DNA of 64,000 nucleotides from assembly GCA_003164295.1 (NCBI GenBank), contig PLTA01000012.1, forward strand, positions 6,331 through 70,330, in the 5' to 3' direction. The stretch comes from Candidatus Bathyarchaeota archaeon (lineage in GTDB: Archaea; Thermoproteota; Bathyarchaeia; Bathyarchaeales; Bathycorpusculaceae). The notes beneath the pieces are model-generated. The model was not told the DNA's origin. It was given only the letters and a program-made list of their open reading frames with translations, and did not search any database. Position 1 is the first letter of the stretch. Every line of letters starts with the position of its first letter. Positions 20,758 to 30,507 of the stretch are shown in pieces. Position numbers and translations under genes: made by a program.

Positions 20758-21129
20758 TTGAAGGATGCACATTTGATGGACAAGGTTTTTGTTAAGAATC
20801 TAGTTGTCCCATGCAAAGTCGGTGTGACCCAAGAAGAGCGGTTAAAAAAACAAAATGTTATTGTTGAAATTGATGTTTTTTGTGATTTAAGAAGTGCTGG
20901 AGATATAGATGACCTTAGCAAAAGCATAAGCTACGTTGAAATTCAGGAAAAAGTAATTGAAGCCGTTAACAATGGTGAGTTCAAATTATTAGAAAGCGTT
21001 GCAGAAACTGTTGCCTCTTTGATTTTGAAGATTCCTCTCGCTTCCAAGGTTGTTGTTTCAGTTAGAAAGCAGAAGTACGCCAAAGAGCCAAGTATGGGAA
21101 TTGAAATTTCAAGGGAACGACATGGTTGA
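20758..21129 (+). CDS. folB: Bacterial-type dihydroneopterin aldolase
   Basis: GVTQEER...Q, DDLSKSISY, FKLLESVAE, V.V.K T-fold motifs. Confidence 0.88.
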   Translation: MKDAHLMDKVFVKNLVVPCKVGVTQEERLKKQNVIVEIDVFCDLRSAGDIDDLSKSISYVEIQEKVIEAVNNGEFKLLESVAETVASLILKIPLASKVVVSVRKQKYAKEPSMGIEISRERHG

Positions 21130-21613
21130 AGTGTACATTGCTTTTGGCTCAAACATCGGCGATCGAGAAGCCAATATAAACAAAGCTTTAGAGCTCTTTA
21201 AACAAAAAATGAAGGTGCTAAAACGATCTTCCCTGTATAAGACTAAGCCTATGTATCTGGAGGCTCAAGACTGGTTTCTCAACGGCGCTGCCAAAGTCGA
21301 TACGAAATTAACGCCAAAAGAACTGCTTTTGTTTTTGAAGGATATTGAGCAGAAAATGGGCAGAAAATTAGTTGAGAGAAATGGACCACGAATAATTGAC
21401 ATAGATATCCTACTTTATGGAAAACAAATTATCAATGAAAAAGACCTACAGGTGCCACATCCTAAAATTGAGGAAAGAGCGTTTGTGCTTGTTCCTTTAT
21501 ATGAAATTGCAGCTGACTTTGTACATCCAGTTAACCACAAAACTGTCTCTGAACTTCTTGCCCAATTGGATTACGACAAGTCAGAAATAAAACGATTAAA
21601 AGTACAGGGCTGA
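21122..21613 (+). CDS. folK: Bacterial-type 6-hydroxymethyl-7,8-dihydropterin pyrophosphokinase
   Basis: YIAFGSNIGDR, FLNGA, GPRIIDIDIL, PHP..ERAFVLVPL; ATG at 21122 overlaps folB stop. Confidence 0.92.
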   Translation: MVEVYIAFGSNIGDREANINKALELFKQKMKVLKRSSLYKTKPMYLEAQDWFLNGAAKVDTKLTPKELLLFLKDIEQKMGRKLVERNGPRIIDIDILLYGKQIINEKDLQVPHPKIEERAFVLVPLYEIAADFVHPVNHKTVSELLAQLDYDKSEIKRLKVQG

Positions 21614-21621
21614 CGACAAAA

Positions 21622-22578
21622 ATGAAGGTTTACGTTAAAACCCCTGCAAGACTGCATTTGGGACTTATAGATTTGAACGGTGACTTGGGCAGAATATTTG
21701 GAGGCTTAGGTGTAGCTATTGATCATCCAAACGTAGTTTTAGAAGCTGAAAAATCTCAAACATTGTCCGTAAGCGGGGAAAAGATTGAATTAACTCGAAA
21801 ACTGACCACCCGCTTTATGGAAGCTTACACTATAAAAGATAAAGTCGCAATAGATGTCAAACAGGCAATTCCCGAGCACATTGGGCTTGGATCTGGAACC
21901 CAGTTAGCTTTGGCTGTTGCCACTTCAATTTCCCGATTGTTTGATGTAAAAGCCTCGACCCATGATCTAGCTGTTGTTATGGGCAGGGTTGCACAATCAG
22001 GCGTGGGCACCGCAGTTTTTGAGCAAGGAGGCTTAGTTGTAGATGCTGGAAAAAACACAAAAGACCCAGCTCAAAAAAGCATTCCACTTATTTGCCGTCA
22101 ACCTTTTCCCGATCAATGGTGCTTTGTTGTAGCAATTCCTCAAACAAAAAAGGGGTTAGCAAACGAGGCTGAGGCTTCAGCGTTTAAGCAGCTACCGCCC
22201 ATGCCAGCCGATGCCGTGGGTAAAATCTGCCGATTAACCATGATGAAACTGCTTCCAGCCCTCAGTGAAAAAGACCTCGAAAGTTTCGGAGATGCCATGA
22301 CGCAAATCCAATGTATAGTTGGTGATAGTTTTGCTCAGGCTCAGGGTGGCAGATATTCAAGCACGCCAGCATCGCAGTGCATAAAGTTCATGCTTGAAAA
22401 CGGCGTTTACGGCGCTGGACAGAGCTCTTGGGGACCTACGGTTTACGGTGTCGTAAAAAATGAAGAAGCAAAAGCAATTCAAGTTAAAGTTCAAATTTTC
22501 CTCGACAACAGCGTTGGCGGAGAAGTCTTTGTCGCCAAAGCAAACAATCAAGGGGCAATCATCAAAGTTATTAGATAG
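21622..22578 (+). CDS. mptG: Beta-ribofuranosylaminobenzene 5'-phosphate (RFA-P) synthase, GHMP family
   Basis: PARLHLGLIDLNG, HIGLGSGTQLAL, SGVG...GGLVVDAG, GQSSWGPT. Confidence 0.88.
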   Translation: MKVYVKTPARLHLGLIDLNGDLGRIFGGLGVAIDHPNVVLEAEKSQTLSVSGEKIELTRKLTTRFMEAYTIKDKVAIDVKQAIPEHIGLGSGTQLALAVATSISRLFDVKASTHDLAVVMGRVAQSGVGTAVFEQGGLVVDAGKNTKDPAQKSIPLICRQPFPDQWCFVVAIPQTKKGLANEAEASAFKQLPPMPADAVGKICRLTMMKLLPALSEKDLESFGDAMTQIQCIVGDSFAQAQGGRYSSTPASQCIKFMLENGVYGAGQSSWGPTVYGVVKNEEAKAIQVKVQIFLDNSVGGEVFVAKANNQGAIIKVIR

Positions 22579-22622
22579 CTTGAGAACGAAAAACTTATAA
22601 TTCTGCCAGCGCCAGCATCAGC

Positions 22623-23600
22623 ATGTCAGTGAATAGAATGCAAAAAACTAACAAAATCGCCGTATCTGCCCCCGCTCATTTGCATACAGGCAATTTTGAC
22701 ATGACTGGAGACCTTGGAAGACTGTATGGCACAGTTGGTTTCGCAGTTGACCGTCTTCTTGAAGTTGAAGTTACAAAAGGTGTTGATGTTAAATCTGAAG
22801 ACGAGGCAGCTTACCTTTTCGCAAGCCGTTTTGTTGATGCTTACAACCTAGCTGGGGCTGAAGTTATAGTTAAAAAAAGTATTCCAAAGTTCGTTGGAAT
22901 GGGTTATCATACAACTTTAGCGCTTTCAATAGGAACTGCATTAGCAAAATTGTACGGACTCAAGTTAACCACTGAGGAAATTGCTTTGACAATGCAGAGA
23001 GGCGCAATAACAAGTCTTGGTGTACACGCGTTTAAAGTGGGCGGTTTCATTGTTGAAGGCGGCTTTAGAGTCGATCAGAGAGAAAAAATGATTCCTCCAC
23101 TAATCTTTCATCAGCCGGTACCAAACAACTGGCTCTTTGTTATCGCAATAGCTAATGAGCCTCAAGAGAAAATCGTTAAAATGCGTGAAAAAGAGGATCT
23201 TATATTACGGAACCTTAAGTTGATGCCAAAGGAAACCTCGGATATGCTATCAAGAATTGTTTTGGTCAAAATCATCCCATCAATAATTGAAAATGACCTT
23301 AAATTCTTCGGTGAAGGATTAACCTCTTTTAACTCGGAACTGGGCAAATTCTGGAATGAATATCAATGCGGCAGAACCTACTGCCACCCAGTGGTTGAAG
23401 AAGCCATAAAAATCATGCTAAAAAGAAGCACATGCGCATGCCAAACTTCGTGGGGACCAACAATTTACGGCATAGTTGACCGCCAAAATGAAGCAGAACT
23501 TTTGTCAAAAGAACTCTTGGCTTATTTGAATAAGAATGGCGGAGGAGAAGTCTTCTGCACTAAAGCAGCCAACGCTGGAGCCGTTATAAAGGAGATGTAG
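22623..23600 (+). CDS. Second, divergent RFA-P synthase paralogue
   Basis: PAHLHTG, GMGYHTTLAL, GGFIVEGG, QTSWGPT; colinear with the preceding gene. Confidence 0.8.
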   Translation: MSVNRMQKTNKIAVSAPAHLHTGNFDMTGDLGRLYGTVGFAVDRLLEVEVTKGVDVKSEDEAAYLFASRFVDAYNLAGAEVIVKKSIPKFVGMGYHTTLALSIGTALAKLYGLKLTTEEIALTMQRGAITSLGVHAFKVGGFIVEGGFRVDQREKMIPPLIFHQPVPNNWLFVIAIANEPQEKIVKMREKEDLILRNLKLMPKETSDMLSRIVLVKIIPSIIENDLKFFGEGLTSFNSELGKFWNEYQCGRTYCHPVVEEAIKIMLKRSTCACQTSWGPTIYGIVDRQNEAELLSKELLAYLNKNGGGEVFCTKAANAGAVIKEM

Positions 23601-23602
23601 AT

Positions 23603-24754
23603 TTGGTTTTGGCCGTTGGAATTGACTCTGGAACAAAAACAATGGATATTTTTGGGTTCAATGACAAAGACGGCAAAATCATAATTGATGTAGCGATTCC
23701 AAGAGATGAAATAACAAAAAGCGCAAAACTTGTTGTAGAAAAACTCAGAGAAACGCAGGAACGCTTTGGAAAAATCGATGCTATTTTAGGGCCATCTGGC
23801 TACGGTATGCAGCTAAAGCGGGCGCAAGAAGCGTCTGATGAGGAAATCGCTGAAGCTACTTTTGTTACAGAAGCCGATGTGAAAAGGCGTCTGCGAATTG
23901 TTGGCTTGCGAGAGCTTATGGTGCTTCTTCGTCAAGCATATGACTTGAACACTTACTTCACTCAAGGCGTCATCCATCTAAATACTGTGCCAAAGTATAG
24001 GAAAGCTAACAGAATAGATATGGGAACCTCGGACAAGGTGTTGAGCGTGGTTTTGGCAGCGAAGGATCAAGCACAGCGGCTAAAAATTCCTTATAGCGAA
24101 ACCTCGTTTATTCTAGTAGAAGTTGGGTTTGGGTACACTTCGGCGATGGCTGTTAAAAACGGGCAAATCGTTGATGCGATGGCTGGAACTGCAGGGTTTC
24201 CATCATTTCTAGGCAGCGGCTTCTTTGATTCAGAAGTAGCTTACGCCATCGCGAACGCCACCGACGACTTCTCAAAACAACTGCTATTTGGGGGAGGCGT
24301 AGCCTCATTTGCCAAGGTTGACCAAACAAAGCCATTAGAACAATTCGTGGAAAACTCCAAGTCAAATCCGCAAGCCAATGAAGGTTACAAGATGATGTTG
24401 GAGTCAACTGTCAAAGACGTTGCGTCGCTGTTGCCGTCGGTGGCACCAAAAGAAATTATTTTGAGCGGCAGATTCATCCGCATACCCCAGTTCCTCGCAG
24501 ACCTAAAAGGCAGCTTCGCAACCTTCTCAAAAGCTACAGGCGTAAAAATGAACATAAATGTGCTTGCGACAAGGGCTAAGGTGGCTAAGCAGGCGGCTGA
24601 AGGTGCAGCGGTGTTTGCTAACGGGTTAGCAGGAGGAGAATACAAACCACTTGTTGACGTAATGAAGCTAAGGGAAAGCGAAGGTTCGGTTTTTAGCAAT
24701 CTCTATTTTGGCAGTCAAATCGCAGATGGCTTGAAAAAATTCAAAAAACTCTAA
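23603..24754 (+). CDS. DUF1464 family protein (ASKHA/butyrate-kinase-like fold)
   Basis: GIDSGTKT, PSGYG, GVIHL.TVP.YRK.NRIDMGTSDK, EVGFGYT, AAEGAA. Confidence 0.85.
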   Translation: MVLAVGIDSGTKTMDIFGFNDKDGKIIIDVAIPRDEITKSAKLVVEKLRETQERFGKIDAILGPSGYGMQLKRAQEASDEEIAEATFVTEADVKRRLRIVGLRELMVLLRQAYDLNTYFTQGVIHLNTVPKYRKANRIDMGTSDKVLSVVLAAKDQAQRLKIPYSETSFILVEVGFGYTSAMAVKNGQIVDAMAGTAGFPSFLGSGFFDSEVAYAIANATDDFSKQLLFGGGVASFAKVDQTKPLEQFVENSKSNPQANEGYKMMLESTVKDVASLLPSVAPKEIILSGRFIRIPQFLADLKGSFATFSKATGVKMNINVLATRAKVAKQAAEGAAVFANGLAGGEYKPLVDVMKLRESEGSVFSNLYFGSQIADGLKKFKKL

Positions 24755-24845
24755 GCATTTTTAGGCATAATTCAAGCGCCATATCAATGCTGAAAAAGAA
24801 TAAATATTATGAGCGTATCGACAATAAAAAAAAAGAAAAATCTGA

Positions 24846-26408
24846 TTAATCGTTAAACATTCTCTTGTCTTGAATGTATTCCTTGCCAGTTCTTAAACCG
24901 ATTTCAGCTTTTGCCAACTCACTTCCCAGATAGGCGGCGTGGTCAAGTTTTGAAATCAAACCAGATTCAATAATTTGCCCGTAAACCTGCTCAGCCGTTT
25001 TGCCTTTAATAATTAAGCTTGGCACAGCTTTATCTGACAAAGTGAAATGCACAGCGATTATTTTTTGCTCCTTTCGATCCACAAAAATCCTAAAAGAACC
25101 TTTTTCATCAAGTTCGGCAGCTTCAGTTTTTGCTTGGCCAATTAAAACACGGTTTTTTTGCTCTAACTCTTTATTGTAAGCTTCTTCTCGATTCCGTTTA
25201 TCTTTTAAGATAAGCAGGTCTATACCCAGGTCTTTGGGAACGGATCCTCTTTTTTTTGCAAGGAACATCATTTTTGCAGCGGTGACTTCTTCTTTGATTG
25301 TTCCTTGTGCTTTGTCACTTTTCTGAGTGGCCAACAGCATGACTGCGCCGACTTCTGAACTTAGTCGGGAAAGTAAAGCGTTTATGCCCACTGAATCTGC
25401 ATCCATGAGTTCGGTAACATTGGAGACGCCGACAAACAAGGGTACATGGGGGTTTCTTTCTGCGAACTGGCGAAAAGCAACAAACGAATCTAAAACGTTG
25501 AGAGGATCAAGTATTAAGTCGCCTAAAACTTTGGTTACGCCAAGACTTTTAGCTTTAGTTATGATTTCTTCAAGTAATTGCACTCTTTCCTGTGCTTTCT
25601 TTATGAAGATACCTTCTTTTTGGTTTGTGGGAATAACCACAACCGCCACATCCCTAACAAAAGGAGCTATCTCCTCCAGGTTTCCGTCGTCCATGCTCAG
25701 CACCAAATCTGCGCCAGCTTCAACCGCTGCCTTAATTTCCGCGGGATCAAGCGAATCAATGCTCACAGGAACATTCACCGCTGCTTTCACTGCGGCAACA
25801 ACTCGCTTGGCATCTTTTGGTCTACTCTCTCCAGCGACCATGCCAACGTCGATTACGTCTGCACCGGCTTCGACATAGATTTTAGCCAAATGCTTAACCG
25901 CCCCGTCCTCCAACAAGGAAGCGTCAACTATTTCACCCAAAACACGCATAGGAAAATTTTTGCCGACAGCCAAGTCTCTAATCGAAATATTTCCTGGTCC
26001 TTTTAAGAGGACTTCTTTATTTTGTTCAACTTTCGCTATTTCAGCCAAAGCTTTTTTCCTAAGCTTTTCTCTGAGCAATTCATCTGCAGGAGTAACGGTT
26101 GAAAGCGTTACTTCATTTAACGAATCCAGAATAGTTGGCAAATCAGCAGCGTACCTCGGACCTTTAAACGCCGGAACACCAGTAGCTTTGGAGATAACTG
26201 ATGTGTCACCTCGAATTAACCCTGGAACCAAAATTAAATCAAAGTTATTGAGGTCTACCTTTTTTAGTGCTCCGTTGATTGTTTGAGGCGATAAGAAAGC
26301 TGCTACGGGAACCTTTAAAGCCAAAACTTGGGTTTCAACAACGCTTTCTTTAGCATAATGTTCAACAGATTCCTTAGCCATTAAACCCGTAACTAAAAGC
26401 ACCTTCAC
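24846..26408 (-). CDS. Dihydropteroate synthase-related protein with C-terminal DUF4346
   Basis: LLVTG N-domain, [58 protein letters not shown]. Confidence 0.85.
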   Translation of the reverse strand: MKVLLVTGLMAKESVEHYAKESVVETQVLALKVPVAAFLSPQTINGALKKVDLNNFDLILVPGLIRGDTSVISKATGVPAFKGPRYAADLPTILDSLNEVTLSTVTPADELLREKLRKKALAEIAKVEQNKEVLLKGPGNISIRDLAVGKNFPMRVLGEIVDASLLEDGAVKHLAKIYVEAGADVIDVGMVAGESRPKDAKRVVAAVKAAVNVPVSIDSLDPAEIKAAVEAGADLVLSMDDGNLEEIAPFVRDVAVVVIPTNQKEGIFIKKAQERVQLLEEIITKAKSLGVTKVLGDLILDPLNVLDSFVAFRQFAERNPHVPLFVGVSNVTELMDADSVGINALLSRLSSEVGAVMLLATQKSDKAQGTIKEEVTAAKMMFLAKKRGSVPKDLGIDLLILKDKRNREEAYNKELEQKNRVLIGQAKTEAAELDEKGSFRIFVDRKEQKIIAVHFTLSDKAVPSLIIKGKTAEQVYGQIIESGLISKLDHAAYLGSELAKAEIGLRTGKEYIQDKRMFND

Positions 26409-27064
26409 TTTAGATTTCTCCAGCCTTCAATCCGTTTCGTCAAATCATCCATAACCAGCGAATAAGATGAATTGGGCGCTACACGATTCACCACTTGATG
26501 GCAATCACTTATAACCTCCAAGAGTTTGGCAATGCGCTTCTGCTGTGTTTCATCGCTCAACAGGGCTTTTACCCGGGTAGCATGAAGGATAGCTTCCACA
26601 GTTAACGACAATGCACGGCTAAACGCTTGAGGGTAAACACAAGTTGCTTGAATAGATTCAACTTTGAGGGTCCCACGGGTTTTCATTGTTCCCCTTGACG
26701 CCATCAACTCCAGATGCTCAACTAAAACCTCTATTGACGCCTCAACCATCCTTATCTTGGGAGCGTTAACAGACTGCGATTTTTCAAACCATTCTGCGGG
26801 CAGGTTGCCGTTTGGGTTTGTTTCTTTGAAAGCTGAACGGTAAAAAATCTCAATGTTAAATGTCAAGTTTATGACAGCGCAACGGTTTGCTTTGATGTTT
26901 CGATAGGTTTGGGAAGTGTTGAAGAGGTCAACTGTGAGGTGCTCTTCATCCTGCATGGTTACACCCATTGGCGCCGCATTTGGTTGTCCCTCAGCGCTGT
27001 ACGTGGAGATTATTGTTTCTGCAATTATGCCTTTTGAGAATCCTATTTCACTTAGCTTTGCCAT
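26405..27064 (-). CDS. DUF447 family protein (flavin-reductase-like split barrel)
   Basis: ETIIST...NAAPMG, SQTYRN, SRA..VEAILHATR; overlaps DHPS-like start. Confidence 0.85.
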   Translation of the reverse strand: MAKLSEIGFSKGIIAETIISTYSAEGQPNAAPMGVTMQDEEHLTVDLFNTSQTYRNIKANRCAVINLTFNIEIFYRSAFKETNPNGNLPAEWFEKSQSVNAPKIRMVEASIEVLVEHLELMASRGTMKTRGTLKVESIQATCVYPQAFSRALSLTVEAILHATRVKALLSDETQQKRIAKLLEVISDCHQVVNRVAPNSSYSLVMDDLTKRIEGWRNLK

Positions 27065-27304
27065 TTAACCAGCCCGACATGTAGGAGGTTTAGTATTTTG
27101 TTTCAATCGAATTTAAAAAATCACGGAACAATAATAAAGCTTGCCATCACAACTTCAGTTGCTTTAACAAGGTATTTTTGAAATTTTTTTCCCCAATCTG
27201 AAATCCGTTTGCTTAATGTAAGGTTTTTAAAGGATAAAACGAGTGTTTTCATAAGAACTCTGATCCAATTTTTTGAACAAGTATTTTTGGAGTTTAAATC
27301 TGAA

Positions 27305-28681
27305 ATGGCAATTAAAGTCGCCTTAGTTTACCCATATTTTCATCCTGCTAATGATAATTCAATTTTCCGTTTTCCACCCCTAGGTTTAGGCTATCTTGCG
27401 GCTGCACTCAAAAAGCATGGAGCAGAAGTGGATTTGATTGATTGCACTTTTTTAGGTTTTAGCGAAGTAGTTGAACGGGTAAAACAGGCTAGACCGCAGA
27501 TTATCGGTTTCTACTCAATGTTTTCCATGAAGAAAACAACTTTAGAGCTTGCAGAAACCATCAAAAAGGAATGCGGGGGCGATTGTAGTTTGTTTGTGGT
27601 TGGTGGTCCTTTGCCTTCTTGGTCTCCTGAGAGCTTTCTTGGGGCCTTTGATTTGGTTGCGGTCGGCGAGGGTGAAGAAGTTATGGTTGAGCTTCTGGAC
27701 TGTGTTAGGGGTGGAGTTGGATTTTCAGTGGTGAAGGGGCTTGTCTATCGAGATGGAGACCATATTGTTCATACTGCGCCAAGGGAGTTTATTGAGAATT
27801 TAGATGTTTTAGCTAGGCCCACACGTGAATTATTTGATAATGAAGCGTACAAAAAATATTATCTTGATCGATTTGGCTACTCCACTTCATCCATGATAAC
27901 GTCCAGAGGCTGTCCATTTTCATGTGATTTTTGTAGTCGACCTATCTTTGGCACCAAAATTAGAAGCCGATCTGTTAGCAACATCGTTGACGAGGTAGAG
28001 GAGATTGCTGCGTTAGGGTACGACCGTGTTTGGTTTGCTGATGACTGTTTTACTTTAAATCGTTATCATCTTCTTGATGTGTGTAACGAAATGGTTCGCC
28101 GTAAAGTCGATGTTGGCTGGGAATGTTTGTCACGTGTCGATACGATGGATAAAGAAGTTGCAGAAGGCATGAAACGTGCCGGTTGCATAAGGGTTTTCTT
28201 TGGCATTGAATCAGGCAACGACTCTGTTTTAGGATTAATGAACAAACACATCACAACTTCGCAGGCTAAAAATGCCGTTTACGCCGCTAAAGCAGCTGGA
28301 CTAAAAACAGGAGCTTTTTTTATTGTTGGGTACCCAGGCGAAAGCAACAAGACCGTTTTGGATACCGTGCGTTTTGCTTCTGGTTTGCCTCTTGATTATT
28401 TATCATTTACTTTGCCTTACCCGATTCCGGGCACCCCACTTTATGAACGGGTAAAAGATAAGGGTGTGTACATTGAGGATTGGGAAGAACCTAAGAATTA
28501 CCGTTTAATTAGGCATAAGTTGCTTTATGCTTCGGGTTTTAGTGAGGGAAAGTTAAAGTTTGCTATTGGGAAGGCACATGCTCAGTTTTATGGGCGAAAG
28601 TATCTTGGGAAAATGGGTTATAGCGTTTTGGGTAAGCCTTTTGAGCGTTTGACTGATTTTACTTTTGAGGTTTTGCGTTAA
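27305..28681 (+). CDS. Cobalamin-binding radical SAM protein (class B-type)
   Basis: PPLGLGYLAA, VVGGP, GEGE B12 domain; SRGCPFSCDFC; FGIESG; PIPGTPLY; ATG 27305 preferred over TTG 27209. Confidence 0.9.
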   Translation: MAIKVALVYPYFHPANDNSIFRFPPLGLGYLAAALKKHGAEVDLIDCTFLGFSEVVERVKQARPQIIGFYSMFSMKKTTLELAETIKKECGGDCSLFVVGGPLPSWSPESFLGAFDLVAVGEGEEVMVELLDCVRGGVGFSVVKGLVYRDGDHIVHTAPREFIENLDVLARPTRELFDNEAYKKYYLDRFGYSTSSMITSRGCPFSCDFCSRPIFGTKIRSRSVSNIVDEVEEIAALGYDRVWFADDCFTLNRYHLLDVCNEMVRRKVDVGWECLSRVDTMDKEVAEGMKRAGCIRVFFGIESGNDSVLGLMNKHITTSQAKNAVYAAKAAGLKTGAFFIVGYPGESNKTVLDTVRFASGLPLDYLSFTLPYPIPGTPLYERVKDKGVYIEDWEEPKNYRLIRHKLLYASGFSEGKLKFAIGKAHAQFYGRKYLGKMGYSVLGKPFERLTDFTFEVLR

Positions 28682-28914
28682 TTTTTTTGTTTGTATTAGG
28701 TGTTGGTTGGCTTGGTAGGTTATTTTTGGATAAATTTTGTTGGTTATGTTTTAGGTTGCGGTCGGTGGCGGAGTAAACCCATTCAATGCAGTTGGAAACA
28801 TGGATAAAATCGTGCAAAACTATAACGGAGCAATCCTAAAATCCATAACGGCTTTCAGAAACCAACACAACCTGAATATGCAAAACGAGGCAAACAAAAT
28901 AATACCGTAAAAAA

Positions 28915-29439
28915 GTGCAATCAATGAAAAAACTAATCCTAATCCCCACAGCCATTAGCTCATTAAGAATCGCAGTTTTACCCCTCTTCTTTTATCTCTA
29001 CAACTCTGCAAACATTGTCGCATGTTTGATTTTGCTGGCTTTTTCTGCAGCTACAGATTTTTTTGATGGTTACTCCGCTAGAAAGTTGGGGGCAACTTCA
29101 AGTTTTGGCGCTTACTACGATGCCATAACAGACTTTGCCCTTGTAATTGGGGCATTTGTGTTTTTTACGGTTAAAGGGTTTTATCCTGTTTGGCTTCCGC
29201 TACTCATAACCGCATCATTTGTTCTATTCATATTTACAAGCCGCTTATCAAAAAAAATCTATGACCCAATAGGAAAATACATCGGAAGCGCCCTCTACAT
29301 TGGCATAGTTTTAACGCTTGTTTTCCCTGAGCAGATAACTTACAGTTTCGTGCAATATGCGTTTGTAGTGTTTTTCGTGATTTCTCTTGGAAGCCGCGTC
29401 ATATGCTTGACAAAAAACCGTAATCCAAACTTAAACTAA
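28915..29439 (+). CDS. CDP-alcohol phosphatidyltransferase family
   Basis: TDFFDGYSARKLGATSSFGAYYDAITD signature. Confidence 0.88.
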   Translation: MQSMKKLILIPTAISSLRIAVLPLFFYLYNSANIVACLILLAFSAATDFFDGYSARKLGATSSFGAYYDAITDFALVIGAFVFFTVKGFYPVWLPLLITASFVLFIFTSRLSKKIYDPIGKYIGSALYIGIVLTLVFPEQITYSFVQYAFVVFFVISLGSRVICLTKNRNPNLN

Positions 29440-29478
29440 TATACTAACCAATTTTCTTATTGTTATGATAGTTTCGTA

Positions 29479-30507
29479 GTGCCTGCTTTGACAGAAAAAG
29501 AAAAATTATACACAAGCATACCCCCACAAATTCGAGTTAGCTTAGGCACCGCCATAGTCCTGGGATTGTTAAAGGGCAAATTAAATGCTGAACCCACAAC
29601 AGCTTACCTTATGACATACAAAGAAGGCAAATGCACAGCTAACTGTGGTTTCTGTCCCCAAGCAAGAGGAAGCAAAAGCAGCTTAGAATTGCTATCTAGG
29701 GTTTCGTGGCCAGCGTTTCCAACTGTAGATGTTGCAACAGGTATCAGCGATATGGCTCAGAAATGGAAAATTAAACGAGTTTGCATCCAAGCCCTAAATT
29801 ACCCAAGCGTTTTTGTTCATCTTGAAATGCTTGTGAAACAAATTAAAAAAGAAGCCGATATCCCCATTTCAGTTTCGTGCCAACCCCTAAAAAAAGAAAA
29901 CATACAGCTATTAGCAAAAGCAGGTGTTGACAGGTTAGGCATAGCGTTGGATGCATCAACAGGAGCATTATTCAAAAAAGTTAAAGGCAAAGATGCGGGC
30001 GGCTCTTACAGTTGGGAAAATCAGTTTGATATGTTAAATGAAGCAAACACAGTTTTTGGAAAAGGAAATGTGAGCACACACATAATTATTGGGTTAGGCG
30101 AGACAGAGAAGGAAGCAATAGGAACAATTCAAAGATGTGTGGACATGAGTGTTTTGCCTGCTCTTTTCGCTTTTACTGCAGTAGTAGGAACGGCATTGGA
30201 GAATTGTTGCCCACCACCACTTGAATCGTATAGGCGAGTGCAACTTGCCAGATATTTAATTGTAAAAGAATTAGCCAGATTTGAAGAAATGCAGTTTGAT
30301 AATGAGGGCAAAACAACCGGGTTTGGATTAGCTAATCAAAAAGTAAAACAGGTAATTGAATCTGCAGAGCCCTTCTTGACTTCTGGATGCAAAGACTGCA
30401 ACCGCCCCTTCTATAATGAAAAACCAAGCGGACCAATCTATAATTATCCAAAAAGACCAAAAAAAGAAGAAATAGATAAAATAAAACAGCAATTTAACTG
30501 CTGTTAG
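29479..30507 (+). CDS. Biotin-synthase-like radical SAM, LipS2-type lipoyl synthase subunit
   Basis: CTANCGFC; C-terminal TSGCKDCNRP resembles the LipS2 TxGCPxC(N/D)RP motif. Confidence 0.72.
   Translation: MPALTEKEKLYTSIPPQIRVSLGTAIVLGLLKGKLNAEPTTAYLMTYKEGKCTANCGFCPQARGSKSSLELLSRVSWPAFPTVDVATGISDMAQKWKIKRVCIQALNYPSVFVHLEMLVKQIKKEADIPISVSCQPLKKENIQLLAKAGVDRLGIALDASTGALFKKVKGKDAGGSYSWENQFDMLNEANTVFGKGNVSTHIIIGLGETEKEAIGTIQRCVDMSVLPALFAFTAVVGTALENCCPPPLESYRRVQLARYLIVKELARFEEMQFDNEGKTTGFGLANQKVKQVIESAEPFLTSGCKDCNRPFYNEKPSGPIYNYPKRPKKEEIDKIKQQFNCC

Noticed and set aside
25327-26286. Long plus-strand ORFs opposite the DHPS-like gene (and similar ones at 17648, 40504, 39058, 2269)
   Set aside because: Antisense shadows of well-supported genes with non-protein-like composition
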